64,000 nucleotides of DNA. Origin: Candidatus Krumholzibacteriota bacterium (GTDB lineage Bacteria > Krumholzibacteriota > Krumholzibacteriia > JAJRXK01). Under the pieces are notes generated by a model. It worked only from the letters and a program-made list of their open reading frames with translations. It was not told where the DNA came from and did no database searches. Both the position numbers and the translations under genes were made by a program. Location: NCBI GenBank assembly GCA_963806035.1, contig CAWDWO010000023.1, positions 60,521 to 124,520 on the forward strand. Direction: 5' to 3'. Shown one piece after another: positions 55,986 to 64,000 of this stretch; the first letter of the stretch is position 1, and the number at the start of each line of letters is the position of its first letter.

Positions 55986-58654
55986 ATGCAGGAAAAACTG
56001 TCCCACTACGAAATCAAGGAGCGCATCGGGGCCGGCGGCATGGGTGAAGTCTACCGTGCCCACGACACCAAGCTGGGCCGCGAGATCGCGCTCAAGCTCC
56101 TGCCTGAGAGCCTGGCCTCGGACCTCGAGCGCCGCGCTCGCTTCGAGCGCGAGGCGCGCGCCATCGCCGCTCTCAACCATCCCAACATCGTCACCGTGCA
56201 TTCGATCGAGGAAGACGGGGGCAGGCACTTCCTCACCATGGAGCTGGTGGAAGGCAAGACCCTGAGTTCCTTGATCCCACCCGGCGGGATGAGCCTGCGG
56301 CAGTTCTTCGAGATCGCCATTCCCTTCAGCGACGCTCTGGCCGCGGCCCATGCGCAGGGGATTCTCCACCGCGACCTCAAGCCCGACAACCTCATGGTCA
56401 ATCACGAGGGACGAGTCAAAGTGCTCGACTTCGGCCTGGCCAAGTTGCGCGAGGAAGCGGCCGACGTGGAGGCCACGGTCGTGGCGTCGAAAATGGTGAC
56501 CGGCGAGGGACGCGTGCTGGGAACCGCGGCCTACATGTCGCCCGAGCAGGCGGAGGGCAAGGAAGTCGACGCGCGCTCGGACATCTTCTCCTTGGGCGTC
56601 GTGCTCTACGAGATGGCCACCGGCCAGCGCCCCTTCAGCGGAGAGACCACCATCTCCACTCTCAGCTCCATCCTGCGCGACACTCCGCCCTTGGCCAGCG
56701 AAGTGAACCCGGCCCTTCCGCGCCATCTGAGCCGCGTCCTGAAACGATGTCTGGCCAAGGATCCCTCGCGGCGCTATCAGACCGCGCTGGACGTGCGCAA
56801 CGAGCTCGAAGAATTCCGCAGCGAGCTGGATTCAGGCGAACTCACCCTCGAGGCGAGCGCCTTGACGCAGCCTCCGCGGACGGCCACTCGAGATGGAAGT
56901 GGGCTGCGGGCAGCCTGCTCCTGCTGGTCCTGCTTCTGGCCGGCTTTCTCGTCGTTTCGCGCACGGAGAAGGGCATGGATACTGAGAGTGGCGCGGATCG
57001 TGGCGTCACCCTCACCCAGCTCACCGACATGTCGGGGATCGAATCGGCGCCGGCTCTGTCGGCGGACGGTCGTCAATTGCTCTACGTCAAAGATGGCGAG
57101 ATCTTCCTGCAGCGTGTGGGCGGTTCGAATCCGATCAATCTCACCCGCAATCCCGCGGATGATTTCGCGCCGGCCTGGTCACCCGATGGGCAACAGATCG
57201 CCTTCTGCTCGAGCCGGGACGGGGGCGGCATCTTCCTGATGGGGGCTACCGGAGAATCTCCACGGCGTCTCAGCGATTCCGGTTTCGACCCGGCGTGGTC
57301 CCCCGATGCTTCCAAGATCGCCTACACCATGGAACGCGTTGCGAATCCCTACGCACGCAACAGCATTTCCGCCCTGTGGGTGGTGGAAGTTGCCAGCGGT
57401 AAGCAAACGAAGCTCTACGACGGTGACGCGGTCTACGCCAGCTGGTCACCCGACGGCAAACACCTCGCCTTCTGGACGGCCGAGCAGGGGCAACGCGACA
57501 TTCAGGCCATCGCAGCTTCGGGAGGAACACCGGTCTTCGTCACCCGTGACCTCGCCACCGACTGGTCCCCGGTGTGGGACCCTTTGGGAGGGGGCATCTA
57601 CTTCATCAGCGACCGCGACGGTTATCCCAACCTCTTCCGAATCGAAGTCGATCCCCACAGTGCAGAGCCCAAGGGTAAGCCGCGAGCGGTGACCACGGGG
57701 ACTTCGTTTCTCGGCAAGCTCTCGATTTCCGCCGGAGGCGACCGCATCGCCTACTCCTCGTTCACGGGCAACGGCCGGCTCGAGCTCAGCTCCATCGATC
57801 CCGCCACGCGAAGCCTCACCCCTCGCACGGACTTCTTCCACGTTTCAAATCCCTTGTCGCAGCTGGCTCTCTCCCGCGACGGCAAATTCCTCGCTTACAG
57901 CTCGAGTTTGCCCCAGGAAGATCTCTATACGGTGCGGCTCGACGGCAGCGCCCGGCGGCAGCTCACCAACGACATCGCTCGCGACCGAGGAGCCAATTGG
58001 TCCCCGGGTGACGAGTGGATCAGTTTCTACTCGAATCGCGGCGGTACCTACCAGCTGTGGTCGATCCATCCCGATGGCACGCAGCTGCGCCAGCTCTCCG
58101 CGATTCCCAACGCCCAGATGGACGGAGCCCACTGGTCTCCGGATGGCAAGCAGGTGTTGAGTTGGCTGTTCGGAACCGGGAATGACCTTCCGGTGCTTCT
58201 GGACGCCGAAGACTCCCAAAGCTGGCCGATCAAAACTCTCGAAAGGGTCCCGACTCCCGGGCCCGGCGAGGTGGCCTGGCCAGAGGCATGGTCGCCCGAC
58301 GGCAAGCGTATCCTCGCCATCGTGGGCAAGCCCGAAGCCGACGACCTCTATCTGGGACTGTGCAACTTGGCGACGGGCCAGTACGAGATACTGCGCCGTG
58401 AGGATGGTAGCCGATTCCGCATCGCCCTGAGCGGCAAGGCGAAATTCAGTTGGATGTCTGGCGGCTTGGGAATCCTCTTCTTCGACGATGGCCACCGGCA
58501 GCTCGTGCTCTATGACCCGGATACCAAGAAAACCACCGTTCTGCTCGAGAACGATCCCAGCTTCTTCACCGCCACCGCTTCGCCTGACGGGCGCGTAGTG
58601 GTGATCGAGCACTACGATCAGACGAGTGACGTGTGGATGGTGACGCTGAAGTAA
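55986..58654 (+). CDS. Hanks-type Ser/Thr kinase - TM - PD40/TolB-like beta-propeller, frameshifted near 56875
   Basis: IGAGGMGEVY, ALK, HRDLKPDN, DFGLAK, GTAAYMSPE, SDIFSLG in one frame. TM helix WKWAAGSLLLLVLLLAGFLVV and many WSPDG repeats continue in another frame. Confidence 0.88.
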
Positions 58655-58954
58655 AGCCGGCCCTCTACACCGAGGCTGGAAGTCGACGCCAGGTGTGTCC
58701 CAAACCGAAGCTGAATCGGGGCGTCCATCGGTCGATGTAGAGGGGGTCGCGGCCGGAGAGATAGCCTACGCCGCCCGATAGCATGAAGGTGAAACCACCC
58801 AGCCCGGCGTGCTGCGAACGGTAAGACGAGCATGATCAGGATGAGCCAGAGCATTTCGCTCCCTGCGCCGCGATACCTCACGACAACCACACCTCGCATT
58901 GCCAGTATTCCGGGAGCCATTCACCTGGGAGCTACGGAACCTGTCGGCAGTCGT

Positions 58955-61510
58955 CTAGCGCAGTAGAGTGAGTCCACCCGTCCGTTGCCGGCCCTCAACT
59001 TCGAGCAACACCTTGTAGCTCCCGCTCGCCACCGCGCGCCCCTCATCGTCCACTCCATGCCACGGGACACGATGCCAACCCACGGATCCAGCTTCTCCAT
59101 GACTCCACACCTTACGACCCCTGGTGTCGAAAATTCGCAGGTGCGCGGGCGATGAATTGGATTGGTAATAGACGATCTCCGTCGATGGATTGAAGGGATT
59201 GGGGACAGCGCCCTGCAGCACCAAAGCAGATGTAGCCGGGATCTGGAAAGTGACCTCCTCGGAGAGGTACTCCTCTCCTCCAGCGCGCCCCAAAACGGAA
59301 TAGATACCCGAGCGCTCGGATAGAGGCAGCGTGAGGTCAATCTGCTGTTCTCCAACGACCGGATCGTAGATCGTTGCGAGAGTTTCTGTGGGTCCCCCGT
59401 TTCGACTACGCAAGATCCCGAATGACTCCCAGCTGAGGGATGGAAGCGCGTCCCACCGCACACGCACGCCTCCATCGATGGAGTCCACAGAGAGCTGAGT
59501 CAGGGCCGCAAGAACCGGGACCGCGACCTCACAAGGCGGCGGGTAGAGCAGTGCACCTCCGGTGGGGTCGGCCACCAGAATCCCCCCACTCGCCACGGAG
59601 ACGCTCGCTGCCGTGTAGTCGGGCGGCGCGACGCCCTTCAATTGCGGATAGAGAGGATCCTGGAGATCGAAGAGTACGAGCCCCTGGGCACCATGAGCTC
59701 CGGCTAAGAGGTTTCCGGATACGGTGAGATCCACGCACTCGGTCAGTCGTGCGCTGACCGTATTCAAGAGCGAGGGAGCCTGTGGATTCGAGACATCGAA
59801 GACCTGGATCCCACCACCCATCACGTAGAGATAGTCACCGGACCGCACCATTCCAGTGGCCCCATCGTGCGCCAAGGGTACTTCCCTGGCCACTTGCATT
59901 CCAGCGGCATGATCAGGAACGGGCTCGAGAATCTTGATGGAGTTTGCATCGAGCGAATACCAGGCACCGTTCACTGGGTAAGTGCCATACCAGCAGCACG
60001 CCCGAATGACGTGGGGCTCTTCGCCTACGGATCGATCCCAGAGTGTCTGGGTGTAGCTGTTATCGCCGGACTGATACCGAAAAGAAACAGAAACCTGATG
60101 TCCGTCTTGATGGAAGGTCACACCGGTACTGGCAGTAGAGCCCGTCGAGATGCTCCTGAGTAATCGAATATCAGGAGGGTCACCAAGATCGAGAACATAG
60201 ACGACCGGATAGTTGAGATCCCCATAATAGTAGTCGTGGTAGTAGTTACTGACAGCCACATACGCGTAGCGACCGTCACACACCGCATTGTCGGCGCGTT
60301 TGGGATAGGTCTCCATACTCGCGATTTCGGCCCATTCCCCTGCGCTGTTCTTTTCGATCACCTTGATCCCGTCGTACCCGAGGGTCACGAGAGCACGCGT
60401 ACCTTCGTCGATCCAACAGGCAGCTCCAACCCCCTCTCCCTCCGCATAGACCTTGTCGTATTTCAAGTTCTCGGGCCGTGATAGATCGAGCGACCACAGT
60501 GCGTCACTACCGAGCAGATAGGCAAAGTGATGGCTTTCGTCAAGGACCATGGAATTGATCCCCACGAGTATGTTCAAGGCACCAATGGCCCTGATCTCTT
60601 CTGGATTGCTGAGATCGAATGCGTGGAGACGCCCCGGATAACACACGGCGAACAGGGTGCCATTTTCAACCGCCAGCCTGGAAGCGTGAAACTCCCACCT
60701 GGAATAGACATCAGGCAAGGGTATGAACTGCCGTTCCTGAGGATGGCCCGGGTCCGCGATTGAAACCGTGTGAAGACCGTTCTCGTCGACGAAGTAGAAC
60801 CAGTCTCCCAGCAGTGTGGCGGAGAGCATCTTGGGCCAACTCACTGTGTTGGTCACCAGCTGCGGCGCATCAGGATCAGTCGCGTCCACAAGCATCATTC
60901 CGCCACCGGCTGGACTCAGTAGGATCTGTCCGTCTTCGACATCCATGAGCGACCCTCGACGGGGCAGCACGAATGTGGCACGAACATACGCGGAATCGTC
61001 GACGGGAAGTTCGAAGATACGCATCGTGTCCTGCGCTACGGCAACGAAGGTCCTGCTTCCCAGGGTCGCAATATCTGAGATTCCAATGCTCGGGAAAAAG
61101 CTCTGTGGAACGAGGCTGGAATTCTCTCCTACATGGAACACGTAGACGCCGATGTCGCTGAGGCGCGTTGCCACCACCAGGTCCTCGCCTACTTGGACAA
61201 TGCCGTGTAAGTAGCTCTGGTTCGTTGGGAGGGTGTAGGTACCGGTCTCTCTCGGAGCGTCGGGAATCGCCAAACTCATCCTGTGTAAAGTCGACCCGTT
61301 GACCACGAACGCCGTGCCTTCGCTGCGGGTGATAAACTCACCTCCGATGCTCAGAGGCACGGGCTCGCGCATCAGGTTCGAGTAATCGGCACACTCTGGA
61401 TTCGCACTGCAAATCCGCGGTAGGATCAGGAAGATCGTGAGAACCAAGAACAGAGTTCGGGGAATCTCAGCGTACCAGCGCGAATTTCTTGGTATAGACG
61501 TGACCTTCAT
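58955..61510 (-). CDS. Secreted LVIVD-like repeat protein with C-terminal FlgD/T9SS-type domain
   Basis: Repeats LVDATDPDAP, TVSIADPGHP, AFDLSNPEE, VFDVSNPQAP, LFDLQDPLYP; C-terminal PNPFNPST...FDTRGRKV...WHGVDDEGRAVASGSY. Start uncertain (44-bp overlap with the upstream gene). Confidence 0.82.
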   Translation of the reverse strand: MKVTSIPRNSRWYAEIPRTLFLVLTIFLILPRICSANPECADYSNLMREPVPLSIGGEFITRSEGTAFVVNGSTLHRMSLAIPDAPRETGTYTLPTNQSYLHGIVQVGEDLVVATRLSDIGVYVFHVGENSSLVPQSFFPSIGISDIATLGSRTFVAVAQDTMRIFELPVDDSAYVRATFVLPRRGSLMDVEDGQILLSPAGGGMMLVDATDPDAPQLVTNTVSWPKMLSATLLGDWFYFVDENGLHTVSIADPGHPQERQFIPLPDVYSRWEFHASRLAVENGTLFAVCYPGRLHAFDLSNPEEIRAIGALNILVGINSMVLDESHHFAYLLGSDALWSLDLSRPENLKYDKVYAEGEGVGAACWIDEGTRALVTLGYDGIKVIEKNSAGEWAEIASMETYPKRADNAVCDGRYAYVAVSNYYHDYYYGDLNYPVVYVLDLGDPPDIRLLRSISTGSTASTGVTFHQDGHQVSVSFRYQSGDNSYTQTLWDRSVGEEPHVIRACCWYGTYPVNGAWYSLDANSIKILEPVPDHAAGMQVAREVPLAHDGATGMVRSGDYLYVMGGGIQVFDVSNPQAPSLLNTVSARLTECVDLTVSGNLLAGAHGAQGLVLFDLQDPLYPQLKGVAPPDYTAASVSVASGGILVADPTGGALLYPPPCEVAVPVLAALTQLSVDSIDGGVRVRWDALPSLSWESFGILRSRNGGPTETLATIYDPVVGEQQIDLTLPLSERSGIYSVLGRAGGEEYLSEEVTFQIPATSALVLQGAVPNPFNPSTEIVYYQSNSSPAHLRIFDTRGRKVWSHGEAGSVGWHRVPWHGVDDEGRAVASGSYKVLLEVEGRQRTGGLTLLR

Positions 61511-63724
61511 TCTCGATCCTCAGAAAGTAGGTTCCGCGAGCCACACGGCGGCCGCCACCGTCTCTCCCGTCCCATTGCAGGACGTGGGTTCCCTGGGACA
61601 GATTGCCGTTCTGGATGTGCGCGATGCACCTTCCCGCCAAGTCGTAGATCTCCGTCGAGACCGCGCTCGTGCGTGACAAGGAAAACGAGACGCGCAAGTT
61701 GCCCCGCACCGGATTGTCCAAAATCTGTGGTCCAATGGCGGCTAACGAGACCTTTTCGACCTTGTTCCGCTCCTCTTGGTAGAACAATCCGTCCACCTGA
61801 GCTTGAACGAAGTGTCCCGCGCGTTGGGCAGGATAGATTTTGGTGTACGGATCGGAACCCTGTGGACGCACGTTCATCGCCAGGCTTCCTCCTTGGACCA
61901 TGAGCGTTGAGGGTCGGTGGAGAAGGGAGCCCTCCTGCAGACCCAGCAGCTTCGGATTTCCCGAGCGCCAATCGTAAATTTGGGTTCCAGAGGGCCGGCT
62001 GGTGTAGAGAATCCCCTCGCGGAGACAGCTGCCCGAGAATTTCTCGCCAGGAAGTACGATCTTTGGCGCCGAAATCTGGCCGCGTCCCCGGTAACGACAG
62101 GCCTGCAGACTGCCGTCCTGGGTTCGTGCCACGATGTCACCGTGGTCGACATTGAACCCGCTGGGAACAAACTCCAGATCCCTCCGAGCCACGATTTGCG
62201 GAGACGACGGATCCTCGATACTGATCCCGATGAGTTCGCTGTCCCTCGCCAGGCACCACACGATCGTGCCGTCGCGGTGAAGTTCTTTCCAGGGCGCCAT
62301 ATCGGCAGCTTCGATGCGGCCGATCAGAGCTCCCCAGCCGCGATACTGTGAATCTCGATGCCGCGCTGCCGATTGAGGAGAATCACATTATTCCCCACCA
62401 CCGCACCTTCATCGATCGGATCCTCTGCATAGAATCCACATTCGAAGGAAGGCAACGCGTTTGCTGGATTGAGACGGAAAACCTGCACGTACGAAAAAGA
62501 GAAGATCAGCAGACGATCCTCGCTGGTATGGAGACCGGAGATACCCGTTCCTACGTAGGTTCGGCTGCTCAAGGAAGGCTCCGGTGTACTTTCCAGGCTC
62601 CAAACATCAATCGTCGGGCTCAGATATCGAAGGAGAAAACGCCCGTCTGAGAGTGAGAACGGGTGGAATCTTGGGCCAGTCAATCTCACCGATACTGGGC
62701 GGCGTCTCGCGGGACGGATCCAGGAGAATCTCCGCGATTCCCGAGCTAGCGCTGAGGACCCAGGCCCGATCTCCACGGACGACCGCTTTCTCCGGTGTTT
62801 GCAAGACGGTCCAAATTGAAGTCCGATCCCCCTGCAGCGTTCAGAGTTTGCACACCAAAGGACCCCAGCAACAAGAGCCCACCATTCCACGGGTAGACTT
62901 CGTCGGGCATGCCAACGACCTGGTAACTTCGGTCGAAGGAAATTTCGCCGTCTTCGTCGATCCGATAGCTCTCGATGGACGAATTGGGAGCCCCTAACCA
63001 CACCCTATTGCCCTTGGCTGAGATGAGGTGCCGTCGAGGTGGAAGGGTCACTCCACGGGCTTCGCTTCCATAGAGATCTGAGCCAGCCGGGTAGGCGATG
63101 AGTTCAGCGTCGCGCAAAAGCCAAAGCTGAGAACTGCTTGCCACCCAGTCGTCGCACTCGAGGGGGAAGACCTGGGGGCTACCCTTGGTCGGAGGATCCA
63201 TGCGAAAGATGACCCTCAACTTCTCGATGTACGAAGTCCATTCGTCGTACTGCCAGTCGTAGCGCTCCTTGGTGGTCCAGATCTCGTAGATCAGCGCGTT
63301 TCCCAACACATGGGATTATGGATATAGCCAGTGTTGCGGACGAATTCTACGGCCGGCGCATCCGGGTTCGAGACATCGATCCACTCCAGAAACCCATCCT
63401 GTTCGTCGCCGTTCATCGCTGGTTTTTCGACGAACAGGTAAAACTCGCCGGCGCGCTCGACAAGAAAACGCGCCATGTCGCCCACGGAAACACTGCCCCG
63501 CTGAACCAGCGCATGGTGCTTACGGCGGTCCAATCCCATACCGTAACCACGCCTTCACTCAATACCAGAAAGAGCCCTTCGTACGAAGCGATGGAGGATC
63601 CGGCTGCCGCCGACAATTGCGTTTCGTAGAGCGAGGGCCACTCGGCGTAGTCCACAGCCTCGGTGGCCCGGGCCTCGATTGGATGAAGGCAGAACAGTAG
63701 AAGTAGTGAGATGTAGACTCGCAT
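61467..63724 (-). pseudogene. Fragmented secreted LVIVD-like/FlgD-domain protein (about 5 frameshifts)
   Basis: A signal peptide at 63724, repeats WIDVSNPDAP and ISIEDPSSP, and C-terminal YDLAGR...WDGRDGGGRRVARGTYF are spread over six overlapping ORFs in alternating frames. Confidence 0.65.
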
Positions 63725-64000
63725 GACCACTCGCTATCGGAGCCAATACGAGCATACAGGACATTGAGGTCTGACTCAAGGCAACTCGGCCGGCCCGTCC
63801 CCCTGCAGCGCTCCCCGCGGTAGATCGAGGCCGGTGCAAATGGCCGTGGAGTCGGGGTTGAGTGCGAAGCGGCCGAGCGCCACCCAGGAGAGCGAGGCGG
63901 GCCAGCCCAGATTCAGAAGATGATGGGAGAGTTGGGCGGAACTCCAGACGCGTTCCCCGCAGGATCCTCGGTATCCAGCTTACGGCAGGAGCTGGAGACG

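Noticed and set aside
58618..58920. 100-aa ORF with a hydrophobic stretch (MLWLILIMLVLPFAA)
   Set aside because: No recognisable family, and it overlaps the kinase 3' end and an inverted-repeat element. It cannot be supported without homologues.
63725..64000. Window-end region with small hairpin TTGAG-N6-CTCAA and short ORFs
   Set aside because: Too little context and no recognisable gene or RNA.
1..64000. tRNA, rRNA, integron attC sites, prophage, defence systems, selenocysteine or pyrrolysine read-through
   Set aside because: No supporting motifs were seen by eye. The gene breaks found are frameshifts rather than in-frame TGA/TAG stops.

Overview
GC-rich chromosomal segment from a diderm bacterium. 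FlgD/T9SS-type C-terminal domains and a C-terminal 'SFGRIKAFH' motif suggest, by inference only, an FCB-group candidate phylum such as Krumholzibacteriota, Eisenbacteria or Latescibacterota. Most of the window is core metabolism and envelope biology: a thiolase, a propionyl/acyl-CoA carboxylase and methylmalonyl-CoA epimerase operon, an OPT transporter, xseAB, oppABC, a leucyl aminopeptidase, iscA-iscS with divergent ygfZ, a GldAFG-DUF4340 ABC module, ispH, an acyl-CoA dehydrogenase/hbd/thiolase operon, an M1 aminopeptidase, pcrA, and rseP-dxr-cdsA-uppS. The right end carries a Ser/Thr kinase-PD40 receptor and two tandem secreted LVIVD-like repeat proteins. One complete 1258-bp IS with 27-bp terminal inverted repeats abuts the iscA stop codon. 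No rRNA, tRNA, CRISPR array, prophage or defence island was seen. The best leads are: (i) a tamA-tamB operon extended by a metallopeptidase/beta-propeller/Omp85 fusion gene; (ii) a degenerate MeaB-like GTPase upstream of the acyl-CoA operon; (iii) a multibranched candidate ncRNA at 26098-26250; (iv) an 18-unit A-free heptamer array; (v) an IS transposase with an atypical third catalytic motif and no clean target duplication; (vi) a short C-terminal putative sorting motif. Several single-base frameshifts look like long-read indel errors.
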